IMG/VR virus record: IMGVR_UViG_3300025018_000091
Length of the DNA: 64,000 bases
Source: a virus
Lineage: Duplodnaviria; Caudoviricetes
Strand: one strand, 5' to 3'
The notes beneath the pieces were generated by a model, which worked only from the letters and a program-made list of their open reading frames with translations, did no database searches and was not told where the DNA came from. A program made the position numbers and the translations under genes. Below, one piece after another: positions 48,821 to 59,680 of this stretch; position 1 is the stretch's first letter, and each line of letters starts with the position of its first letter.

Positions 48821-49476
48821 TTTCTAATCTCCAAATAAAAAGACAAACCATTTTGGCATCAAAATGAAACTGATTAAAGGAGGAAATGTTTCATTTGAAA
48901 TGGTTTATCTCAAAGCTGTATATATCAGTTTTATATACTTTTCAAACTAATCCTCTTTCTTTGCGGCTTTCCAATTCTTTTTCATAATGAGTTTCGCAAA
49001 GAGTAACTATATAACCACCAATATTTCTACGAGTTGCCTCAATAGAACCACAGTGCTCACACATAGAAAGACTTAACATATCAGCAAGATCTATCACACC
49101 ATCTATAAGGGGCGTAGATTGATTCATATAAAACCTAAGCCCTCCAAATTTCTCTTTAATCTGAACGACATAGATATGCTCAGCAATCAATGGGTCCAGT
49201 CTTTCTAAATTACGTTCTATAACAATAGACATCTTCTCTATTAGAAAGAACCATCCTTCAGCACACTCTATATAATAAAGATCTTTGTATAGGATGGGAC
49301 ACTTTTTTTTCATATGCTCAAGGAAATCATCGTTATTCATTTTTTCTTTTCCAATTCAGAAATCATTCGCAGTCGCATTTGAAAGTGTTTTTCTTGTTTA
49401 GAATACTTCTTAAGGCGTTTACGAATTCTATTCAATCTATCTTGAATTCGCTTCTTGTTCTTTGCCCAATCTTCAA

Positions 49477-50012
49477 TTACTTCTTTAGGAAACATATCAT
49501 ATCCTTAAGATATTTTGGATCTACATAATCTGTAAGCCAAACTCCATTGTCAGAGCAATAGAATTTACAACCATCATTATACATATCTCCACTATTAATC
49601 TGTAATATTACAGGTCTTCCATGTCTTTGACCAACTTTAAGAGCAGTATCTTCATCTGCTGAAAGATGAACGTGCTGCCTATTCATCTTTTTGATCCCTT
49701 CAGAATAAATGAATGATAGATACTTAACACCAGTTCCATGAAATAAAAACTCTGGAGGTTTAACTTCCTTGAAGTTCATCTCCACATTTGTGGAATGTCC
49801 TTGGTTTGCCCTGATATTTCCTTTGCCGTCATAAGAATATCGCTTCTTATTATCTGTTGCGACAATCTCGTCCAACTCTTCTTGAGTGAAATTACAGGCT
49901 TTCATTAAGCATCAACAGATACCCAACCACCTTCTGATAATGTTAGTCCAAACTCGTCAGGTTTATGACGCAAAACATAACTAAGAAATTTGCTTTTGTT
50001 CTTTTGACTCAT
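49477..50012 (-). CDS. kptA: RNA 2'-phosphotransferase Tpt1/KptA (frameshift near 49905)
   Basis: MSQKNKSKFLSYVLRHKPDEFGL..GGWVSV joined to IRANQGHS, LFHGT, RQHVHLS, NGVWLT. Confidence 0.92.
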
Positions 50013-50243
50013 GACAATCCTTACATTCAAGTTCATCTTGAAGTTGTTGACACTTTTCGTCGTGACATCCATGTTTGAATTTCATATGATACCACACTTG
50101 TATTTTTCGCACAAGATATCCTAATATAGGAATCATTGCCATTAACGCCATTGTTTCATTAGCACACCAATGCATTATTAATCTTCCTTTAACTCTAACA
50201 CTGCCTCAATATCATTAAGAGAAATATATGGGACTTGGAATCA

Positions 50244-50708
50244 TCATCCCCAATCTGTATACTCTGTATGGATTTTTCTCAATTCTTTATAGGCATCATC
50301 TATCCTACGCATATCAGAAGCGATTCTATTTTTAAGAGAACTAATCCTTTCTTCATAAGGAGATTTAGAATTAGGAAAATGTTTCTTGCGCCAAGAAAAA
50401 AGCGTAAACCTCTTGCCATCTAAGGTTTCTAAACCTTCAATTGGTTCGTTCCAATGAGAAAAACATCTCAACGCATAACATTGTTTACCAACTAACTCAT
50501 TAAGAGTCTTAACTCCAAATGTTTCGCAAACGCCTTCCATAAAATCTGGAAGAATTTTTTTATCTAAACACAGGTTACCAAACCCTTGATGGCTACCACG
50601 AAAATCTATACCAATAGAACAGGTTAAAATGCCATGGTCTTCTTTACCAGACCAAACATCAACAATTGTTCCAAGCTCCCTTTTGCCGTCTCTTTTATTT
50701 TCACACAT
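50244..50708 (-). CDS. hypothetical protein, paralog of 48365-48820
   Basis: See paralog. Confidence 0.75.
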   Translation of the reverse strand: MCENKRDGKRELGTIVDVWSGKEDHGILTCSIGIDFRGSHQGFGNLCLDKKILPDFMEGVCETFGVKTLNELVGKQCYALRCFSHWNEPIEGLETLDGKRFTLFSWRKKHFPNSKSPYEERISSLKNRIASDMRRIDDAYKELRKIHTEYTDWG

Positions 50709-50721
50709 TTGTTCTTACCTT

Positions 50722-50798
50722 TGGCATCCCCAGTAGGATTCAAACCTACGACCCTCGGATTAGAAGTCCGGTGCTCTATTCAACTGAGCTATGGGGAC
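50722..50798 (-). tRNA. tRNA-Arg(UCU)
   Basis: CCGGA-CU-UCU-AA-UCCGA; CCA. Confidence 0.93.
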
Positions 50799-50892
50799 AT
50801 ATTAATTATGACAACATAACAGCAATTCTATATAGAATATACAACACCACCAAATAACAAAAGCAGTGCCAACAACTTTCATTGGACCAAAA

Positions 50893-51153
50893 TCATGGCT
50901 CATTATTTACTCCTGCATCACAGTTTATTCCAACCCATGCACAACCAAAATCTTCTACAAACACACATTGTAACTCTCCAGCGTATGACCCATCACTACA
51001 TTTTAGTAATTCCGGGTACGCTCCACACGCAGAATACTCACAAGTGTAAACATCCGGTATATAGTTTTGAATATAAGGCGGACGATCATCCTTGTCACTA
51101 GCACAAGAATTTAAAACAAATGCGAGCCCAATTAAAAATCTTTTCATTGCCAT
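50893..51153 (-). CDS. small Cys-rich lipoprotein
   Basis: Signal peptide ending LNSC, Cys-rich body, CDAG. Confidence 0.55.
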   Translation of the reverse strand: MAMKRFLIGLAFVLNSCASDKDDRPPYIQNYIPDVYTCEYSACGAYPELLKCSDGSYAGELQCVFVEDFGCAWVGINCDAGVNNEP

Positions 51154-54100
51154 GGGTTCTTACAATTGTAACACAATGCCTTGCCATCACCAACATCATC
51201 TGGCTCTGCCATTGGCATAAATGTATTACATCTTGGGTTACGACAGAAACAACCATCATCTCTAAGAGTCTCAGAGTTAGGTTTCTTTACCTTTTCTTTT
51301 TCACAAGAGCAATCATCACACCCATCACAGTCATCACAATCATCATCATCACATCCAATGACTCTTCCACAACCACCAGAACAACTACCAGAACATGATG
51401 CCATTATAGGATTACTGCTCTTTTTTGCTAAATCTCTAGCATTTTTAATGCGAATCAAAAATTTATTCCAAGCCTCTTTATTTTGATTTACTGCCATATT
51501 AACCTCACGCGTCATAAAAACAAACAGCAACCGCTTCTTCAGTGTCAGACTTATAATAAATCCGACAACAAATCTTATCAAATCCACAGCCCAATTCATA
51601 CCACTCATAGATATATTCTTTATTAGGATCTATTTCTTCTCCAAAATAAGAAAGAGTTTCAGAAATAGGAACTATTGGATTATATGATAACCCAGTCCAA
51701 TTAAGCAACCATATACTTTTGCGACAAGTATCCTCAAACTCTGCTAACGAACAACGGTCACTCCATTGAGGATACAACTTTGCGATTACTTCATCACTAA
51801 AAAATAAGAACGGAGATTTGTTTAACATAATTTTAACCTTATCATAACAATATAGATAATGATGCCCAGCGTCTCTAACTCGATGATACCTATCGCAAAC
51901 TAAATCTCCACACCCCATGTAAATTACCTTTATTCAAAATCCGCTATCACTAATGGCAAGCACACAAATACCATTCTTATCTGGGCGTTTTAACATAATA
52001 CTGAAACCAGCTTCATGTAATTCCTGTATCTGTTTATAAGTAATCTCAGCATTTTCTCTATGAACAAACCAATCAGGTTTATTATCAGCGCCACCAAACC
52101 AATCTATCATACGAACTTTAATCTTTGTAACCAATGTTATCTTCTCCAATGTTGGATCAGTAACCTCTACCTTTGGCAGAGTTTTACTTGTATCATTTAT
52201 CCTCGCTAAAATCTTATCTGATCTGGCTTTGGCTAATATATACATTTGTGATGACGGCGGAAACCTTCTCATAATATCTTTTAAACCTTATTTAATCGTT
52301 TTGAATTATGGCACTATTAACTCCAGTCCCCATTCAGTTTTTATATACTTACGATCCAATTCCTTTTGAGATCTAGTCTTTTTAAACTTGAACTTATGTC
52401 CACATGATGTTAACTTAGAGCCATCTTTTGCTTTGCCCACAATACACATCATTTGTTTACATATTGGGCAAGGATATAAAGAAGTAGAACTCACTTATTA
52501 ACCTTCTTCAAAATCACTTCTATACTGGTGCAATCATCATCATGGTGAGTGAACGGCTTTACTTCATTATCATATAAGATAACCGTGTATAATACCTTAT
52601 AAATGTCACCAGTCTCCATATCCGATGACAATACATTATCACTCAAATAAACAAACTCACCTTTAAGTGGCTCTCTTCGCTAGGAAAGATTAGCAATACA
52701 CTTTAAATCAATATGTTTATTGGTATTACCTCTAAGGAAAAACCTAAGATTATACTTCATTTGTTTTTTCCAATTTATAATTTAACCAGCAAAGAAGATT
52801 AGCGGCGCGCATAATGTGCGACAACCTATCTTTAAATTGAGGGAACCATTGATTCTCATATGACTCGCCAAGCATATTAATCTCCATTAAACCATAATCA
52901 ATATTATGGAAATTAATGTTTAAAGTAATTGGAGTGTCATATTTGGCGCTCATCTCTGTAAGAGTTGCGATGGCTTCCGTCATCCTATTTCTATCTTCTT
53001 GATTCATATGTCAAACGAGCCTTTCTTATACATCTCCATAAACCTTGTCACACTAGGCACCCTAGATTTAGATCCAATATCGCAATGGTAATCAAACATA
53101 TTGCTGATATATTTGCGTAATCTTAAACTAAGATCCTCAGAACTCTTTTTAATTCGGGCTCTGCGGCTTGCAAAAATATCTACAAAAAGCTCGCCCTCGT
53201 TAAAAGATTCCTCGAAAAATTCCTCAAGATCTTTATCTGAAGCATCTTGTTCCATCTTCGAAAGTGGAAGCGGGAATTTTCCTTGCAATTGCCCGCAATC
53301 TAAACACAAGTCTAACTCTACATAGTCACCACCACCAATGCCAAGATCATCTGGCACATACCCATCGATTTCTAGATCACCGACAGAGGCAGTAAACATA
53401 TCAGAACATTTACAACCCGCCGACAGAATACGCTCACTGCCACATCGTTGACATTTCATATTATGACCCCACTGAAAGCGTAATTAACCTTTTGTCATGA
53501 TCTACTGAGATTGATTCTAATACCAAATCGCCTATATCATGCCCCCATATTCCAAACTGTTCTGGAGAAGCATAAACCTTTTCATATGCTTTTCCAATAT
53601 CACTCAATAGTGAAATTAATCCACACCCATTATCTCCAGAATGAATCAGAAACTCCACGCCAGAATTCAAAGGATAAGTTATTAGAAGGGTGTATAAAGT
53701 GTTTGGTTGCAATTCAATATTACCACTCATATCAGATAGATAAATTACTGAAATTCCCAAACGACATTTTTCTTTATTCATCAAAATCTTCTTCTTCCTC
53801 CTCAAAATGAGAGGCGACTCTAGTGATTATATGTTCTGGAATATTATGTTTGCGAAGTTGATCGTCCCAACCTGGACTTGGAACATCACCACTATAGCTT
53901 CTTTTACCAACAAAAAACATCGCAGGCTTGGAATAAACTCTACCAAAAGGCGTTTCCATATATGGCCAAATCTCTAATGGAGAGTCCGAACAACAACCAC
54001 AATTATGTCGACTATCATAACTAGTAACTAACGTATTTACAGCTGGCGAACAATGAACTACCTTATTCCATCTACCAGTATAAGTTTCAAGATCGGGAAA

Positions 54101-54211
54101 AGACTCTGCTAAAGCTTTTAACCTACATACTTCTTCTGATTTATCCGCCAACTCTTTTTCTAATTTAGTTATTTCATCTACAATAGAGCTCATATTTTAT
54201 ACCTCTGCCAC

Positions 54212-54239
54212 AATATAACCACGCTCTCGCTCACGTCAA
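54212..54239 (-). promoter_or_regulatory. sigma70-like promoter TTGACG-N16-TATATT
   Basis: Directly upstream of ORF 53774-54193. Confidence 0.6.
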
Positions 54240-54688
54240 CCCGCACATATTATCCAAAATTTCATGAAGCATCTCTCGACAAACATATGGGGGATCTTAT
54301 AGGGGGAGTAAGTATATAGAGAGTGACTATGTGTGACCATACGTCATGCAAACCCGATACCGAACATGAACCCTTCGCAATGAATTACTAATTGTTTTAG
54401 TAACATCTCATCATTTTCAAGAAGATCGTTTGGTAGATCACGCTTTTTCACAAGCAAACGATAATCACCAAAATCATCTTTGTACCAATGTAGAGATTTA
54501 TTATTAACCTCAAGTGTTTCAGCGACATAATCTAATGCCAGAGACATCATTTTTTTGGATTTCGCGATGCGCCATTCGCCGCAAACAAACCCCATTTCAA
54601 CATATAGTTCCATTATTTTCTCCATTTCTCACATGGGCAGTATGCGATATAAGTGCAGTGAGTACGAGCACCTACACGCGAGGATTAT

Positions 54689-55175
54689 ATGACTACAAAT
54701 TCTGAAGAATTATTTAGACCACTTATTTGGATTGAGGGAATCATTGGAGCAGGAAAAAGTACATTTTCCAGAGAGATTGCTTCAAGACTTAATTTGAGAT
54801 TAGTTGAAGAGCCAGTTGAAACAAATCCATATCTAGAGAAATTCTATCAAGATCCAAAACAATATGCATTTGGTATGCAAGTATTTCTTCTACACAAAAG
54901 ATATGCTATGCAACAATTAGCTTCATATGAAGCCACAGACAGCTTATGACAGAATGAAAGCTAGGAATCGAAATGCCGAGGCGGGAGTACCCCTAGAGTA
55001 TCTTTCTAAATTGCGTAAAGGATATCAAGAATTACTTAGGGAGGCTGAGTCGGCTCTCCTACCATGGGCACACGCGATACGAATTTTAAGAATTCCGTTT
55101 GATTTTGATATCCGCTCAAAAGAAGAATGGGACTCAGTTGCTTTAACTGTCAAAGATAGTTGTAGGATTATGTAA
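54689..55175 (+). pseudogene. deoxynucleoside kinase, split with central region missing
   Basis: IEGIIGAGKST..EEPVETNPYLEKFY..QVFLL in ORF1; RMKARNR.AE..VPLEYL in ORF2; DRS motif region absent. Confidence 0.75.
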
Positions 55176-55751
55176 TAATTCCCAATTGTAGACAAGTAAT
55201 TTCATTTCATCTAATGATAGATTACTTTTGGCAGTGTTCGCTTTTAAAGAAATTACTTGTACATTATCTTTAGTATATCCTTTTGATGAATCAATTCTAT
55301 CTAATGTTGGAGAATTTGGACAAGAATTTTTCTCACCTCTAAATAAAGGTATCTTTAATAAAGGGCAGAGGTTGTCTGTTGGATAGATTTTATTCAGAAA
55401 TTCCTCATCTAAATTGAAGCCTTCAATAGTCTCAAGAACACAGCAATCTGTATTAACTCCACAGACACGCAAGTGATTCTTTGGAAGTTTCTTTCTTTGT
55501 AGAAGTTTATTAATTGCTAAAGCTCCATTATTTGTAGTCTTGGTTACTGTATGAACATTCTCATATTTTACAGCAGCAACTAATTGTTTTAAACTCTCAA
55601 CTGTTTTACCTGAATAACGATACTCAACGAATACAATTGGAGCATTTCTTTTGATAGCTTGTTCTATCTCAGATATACATCCATATTGGACTGACTTATA
55701 TTTTGCCGCAGTAAAGCTATCTTGCATGTCAATAATTACAAGTGTATACAT
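55143..55751 (-). CDS. isochorismatase-like N-terminus fused to HNH-like C-terminus
   Basis: LVIIDMQ, VTK, VCGVNTDCCVLET then PTLDRIDSSKGYTKDNVQVIS. Confidence 0.6.
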   Translation of the reverse strand: MYTLVIIDMQDSFTAAKYKSVQYGCISEIEQAIKRNAPIVFVEYRYSGKTVESLKQLVAAVKYENVHTVTKTTNNGALAINKLLQRKKLPKNHLRVCGVNTDCCVLETIEGFNLDEEFLNKIYPTDNLCPLLKIPLFRGEKNSCPNSPTLDRIDSSKGYTKDNVQVISLKANTAKSNLSLDEMKLLVYNWELLHNPTTIFDS

Positions 55752-56173
55752 CGAAACAAACCTCTCCTTAAAGCCGTTCCGCAGTTATTGTTTTTAATAT
55801 TTCTGTTTGCTGCCAGTTTAATTTTTGGTAATTGCCAACAGCTTACCATCAATCGTTTTAACCACTTTACAAATAGCGCCATCAAATTTACGATAGCCTA
55901 GTGGTTTTTCACTACCAGTCAATTCAACTGTTTGAAAATCCCAACCATCTATATGTGAATTCTGCCAATTATCCGAACCATCATATACAAACGCATAAAC
56001 AGCGCCAGTCATATTCTCTCCAATTAGTAATTATCTTCCAAGTAAGCAAGTTGTTTATTCTTACCATTTAAACGCTTGGTACGTTTATCACGCATAGGTC
56101 CACCTTTTCTTTTCCTGGCGGGAAAATTAAATGGATTTCTATACTTGTTAATCTTTTGTTTCATAAAAATTTG

Positions 56174-56256
56174 TAGTCCCACTCGGACTTGAACCGAGAC
56201 GCCCATACGGGCACTTGCTCTTGAGGCAAGCGTGGCTGCCATTACACCATGAGACC
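56174..56256 (-). tRNA. tRNA-Leu(CAA)
   Basis: CUUGC-CU-CAA-GA-GCAAG, long variable arm. Confidence 0.9.
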
Positions 56257-56466
56257 ATAGAGTTTGGAAACTTATAGTTCCTCGACACGCCCGTACATCA
56301 TGTCGCTTATGGGTGGACCCAAGGAATACTTTACCTGAGCTAGCAATCACCATCAAAAATAATCAATGTTTATAGCAAGCTATATCAGGACTCGAACCCG
56401 ACTCAGAGGCGTATGGTTTCCCTCTTACCCCAACACTAATTATTTGACAATGAAACGTTTCCAAAC

Positions 56467-56552
56467 TGGTAGCACCTGAGAGACTCGAACTCTCACGCCC
56501 TTTCGGACACTTGCTCTTAAGGCAAGCGCGTATGCCATTTCGCCAAGGTGCC
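56467..56552 (-). tRNA. tRNA-Leu(UAA)
   Basis: CUUGC-CU-UAA-GA-GCAAG, long variable arm, CCA. Confidence 0.93.
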
Positions 56553-57001
56553 TCACATCACATATATAACGTGATATTGATATTTCAGTATGCAGATTTC
56601 CTTATATGTGGCTTACTCCGAAAACTATCAGATTCACCATTTACATTCATATCCATCTTTTCTCTCAAGAGTTTTTCTTTTTCAAGCTTACCCTTAAGAT
56701 AAGCTTCCTTATCTCTTCGTTTTTTTGAAAAACAACTTAATACTTTTGGAAAGTATATCTGGTAAAAACACAAATAGAAATGCTCCCAAGAAAAATAGAA
56801 GAGTTAAAGGAACTGTAATCTCCCAGAAAAAACCAAAAGCTGCTCTAGCGCAAGGAGTGTCATCACTATTCGATGCATCAATAAATTAAGTTATATTTAA
56901 AATCGTAATTACAATAAATGTAACTAGGATGTGAATTGCTATACACACCAGTACAGTTATCATATTGTTCCCGCCTTAGTAATATAGAATATTAAATTAG
57001 T

Positions 57002-57075
57002 TGGTTGAGGTGCAGAGATTCGAACTCTGATACTAGGTTCCAAAGACCCATGTCCTGCCGTTGAACGACACCTCA
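57002..57075 (-). tRNA. tRNA-Gln(UUG)
   Basis: UGGGU-CU-UUG-GA-ACCUA; U1:A72; CCA. Confidence 0.92.
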
Positions 57076-57631
57076 ATACTTATGATTATATATCATGATA
57101 TTAGCTGATTTGAATAGCTAACATCATTTTACATAATCATAAGGCTATTTTATAATAGCACACCAAGCTCTCAAAATAGCAAACACACTTGGTAACCTCA
57201 CCACTTCTCTTTTAGCGCGCATAGATGGCAGGTGACGCCAAATCTAAATCTTCAGTAATCATTGGCTTCAGATTCGTCATAAACATCATGTTCATCAAAA
57301 TCAAGCTCACCCTCTTCCTCTTCTTCATCAAGAGGTACAAGCTCTCCATCATCAGATTCAGTAAGACCAGTATAGATGATAATTTGCCGTCGTTATCAGT
57401 ATCAATCTGATAGCTTGGCAAGATTTCCTCAAGCGCCTCTTCTAGTTCCTCAAGAGTCATGTTCATATCTCCATGTCAAATCATTACCAATGATTAAAAG
57501 ATATTAGTAAAAATTGAGGGACAGTTACCTATCCCCCAATCCCCACTATTCGCTCATCAAATCTCACCTAACCGTGAGCCTGTCTTGAATTTATATTCAA
57601 ATTCGTGGTTGATCGTAGCAGTATCTATGAA

Positions 57632-57994
57632 TTATTCTGATTCGTCAGTCGCAGGCGCAGCAGCCTTACGGCTAACACCGCCGCCCTTACCCTTAGTGAT
57701 GGTCAGCGAACCACCTTCGCCAGCCATACCCTGAATGTGAGCATGAATACGCTTCGTAACAGCACCATGCTCAGCAGGAGTTGCACCAAGGTCAGCCACC
57801 GAAAGGGAGACCAATGCAGGCATTGGAAGGGTTTGACCAGGGTATCGATCAAACACCGCATTCACAACATCACTCAAGAGTTCCGGGTCAGTTTCATTCT
57901 CATTGACCCAAGCCTGCAACGCTTCAGCATACTTCGAAGCAGAAGCAACCACATCAACCGCACCACTCGTATCACGTACCGTAAACTTATCCAT
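57632..57994 (-). CDS. winged-helix-like protein (VTRGxxGG family, copy 3)
   Basis: LTITKGKGGGVSR. Confidence 0.45.
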   Translation of the reverse strand: MDKFTVRDTSGAVDVVASASKYAEALQAWVNENETDPELLSDVVNAVFDRYPGQTLPMPALVSLSVADLGATPAEHGAVTKRIHAHIQGMAGEGGSLTITKGKGGGVSRKAAAPATDESE

Positions 57995-58098
57995 TTTTCA
58001 TTCTCCTTACAGAAACAATTTCCGACAATTAAACTCAGACCATCTGAGTATTAATACTTTAATGTTGGATATATATACCAATACTTTAGTATAATATC

Positions 58099-58758
58099 AT
58101 GTTTTATGTATACAAACTAACTAACAAATCGAATTTCAAAAGTTATATTGGAAAATCCAACGATGCTTTAAAAAGACTACGCACACATATAAAAATTTCA
58201 AAAGGAGGCAAAGCAAAATATCCTAGAAAATTTCATGCAATTCATGCAGCTATAGCTAAGTATGGCATCGAGAGTTTCTATTTTGAAATATTACATCAGG
58301 TAGAATCAGAAGAACAAGCATTTGAATTAGAAACAAATGAAATTCTTAAGATAAGAAAATTAGGCATTAATGTTTATAACCTTAGTGATGGCGGTGAAGG
58401 TAATTCAGGATGGCACCATACTAATGAATCTAAATTAAAAATGTCTATTACACGCAAAGGTCGAGTATTTTCAAGTGAACACAAAAAAGCATTATCAAAA
58501 GCTCAAAGTGGCAATAAACATTCTCAATTTGGAAAACATCAAGATATATCTTGGAAAGAAAAGAAAAGTAAATTAACATCAAAACAAGTTTCTGATATTA
58601 AATACTTAATCAAGATAGGCACAAAACAAAGTCTAATAGCCAATACATATGGCGTAAGCATATCTACTATAAGTATGATTAAATCCGGTAAAATATGGAA
58701 TGAAGTTATTACTTCGTCTGAGGAGAATTATTCTGGTCTACCTGTGCCAATTTCGTAA
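58099..58758 (+). CDS. GIY-YIG homing endonuclease with NUMOD3-like repeats
   Basis: FYVYKLTN....YIGKS, YNLSDGGEG, HTNESKLKMS. Confidence 0.9.
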   Translation: MFYVYKLTNKSNFKSYIGKSNDALKRLRTHIKISKGGKAKYPRKFHAIHAAIAKYGIESFYFEILHQVESEEQAFELETNEILKIRKLGINVYNLSDGGEGNSGWHHTNESKLKMSITRKGRVFSSEHKKALSKAQSGNKHSQFGKHQDISWKEKKSKLTSKQVSDIKYLIKIGTKQSLIANTYGVSISTISMIKSGKIWNEVITSSEENYSGLPVPIS

Positions 58759-58993
58759 TTCCACCATGAGCACCTCTGGTAACTGAAACCCCAGGATATC
58801 CTTCCAAAAGGAACTTAATGGTAGGATATAGCGCAGGACCAGTCATTCCGATTTCCTCAGCCAAATCCTTTGCAAGACCTGTCGCCGTAACCTTCTCACC
58901 AACCTTGAGAGCTTCAATGCGAGTAGAAGCTTTCTCAAAAATATTACGAATCTTATTGAGCGACGCATCGATATGACTATTATTCATGTTCAT
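58709..58993 (-). CDS. winged-helix-like protein (VTRGxxGG family, copy 4)
   Basis: VSVTRGAHGGITK; downstream of 24-bp motif copy 4. Confidence 0.5.
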   Translation of the reverse strand: MNMNNSHIDASLNKIRNIFEKASTRIEALKVGEKVTATGLAKDLAEEIGMTGPALYPTIKFLLEGYPGVSVTRGAHGGITKLAQVDQNNSPQTK

Positions 58994-59059
58994 GTTGTAC
59001 TTCCTTTGCTAACATTTTCTTGTTCATTGCAGCGCTCTACGTCGCCGCTACATACCCTA

Positions 59060-59083
59060 GCTTGCCCCCCTCACTCGATGGGG
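59060..59083 (-). promoter_or_regulatory. 24-bp dispersed upstream motif, copy 4
   Basis: GCTTGCCC-CCC-TCACTCGATGGGG. Confidence 0.7.
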
Positions 59084-59680
59084 CGGCGTCCGCCCTCACT
59101 GTAATCAGAAGTTATATTGCAACCACAACTTAGCTGCTTTTCTAGCACGAGCAGGAACGTTCTTTGATTGCAAAAGACTCTGCATAACAGCAGTAGTTAT
59201 TTGATGGTTGTCTTGCTCACCGTCAAAACCCTTCAGACGAATAGGCTTCTCAAGCAAACGACCAAGAGCAATATGACGAGCAAGACTTCGCTCAAACTTA
59301 TCGACAGGATTCAACACTGACATTTGATACCTAACAGTGCTACGATCCTTACTCAAGGAAATCGCAACACAACCAACAGGATTGGACCTCTCATCCCTAA
59401 GATACATAACTCTACGATTCTGTTTCATTTTCTTTCTCTCTTTCTAATTAGTAATTGGCGATAGCATTATATCGTCTTTCTTCTCTATCAAACGTATGAT
59501 AAGCTCTAACAGCTTGTTGGAACTCATCTGCTTTCTTCACACTAATTGTAGGTGGATAATTTCTGATTGAAGGAAATTTATCACAAACCTCTAGAATTAC
59601 TTGGCGTGGTCTGCGTTTCAATAGCGCAAGTGTAACCAAAATATCATTGGTGCTTACAATCATTTTTAATTATCTCCTAC

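Noticed and set aside
51144-51608. Acidic Cys-rich CDDDDCDDCDGCDDC stretch as a repeat element
   Set aside because: Low-complexity coding sequence only; plus-strand ORFs over it are shadows
56379-56432. T-arm-like GGGTTCGAGTCC remnant between the Leu tRNAs
   Set aside because: No matching acceptor or D arm; too degenerate to call
15962-57466. Programmed ribosomal frameshifts (HNH ~16075, T8 at ~17745, coaD ~18892, kptA ~49905, acidic ORF ~57385)
   Set aside because: Single indels, mostly in short homopolymers of unrelated genes, with no shared stimulatory structure; sequencing or assembly errors are more likely
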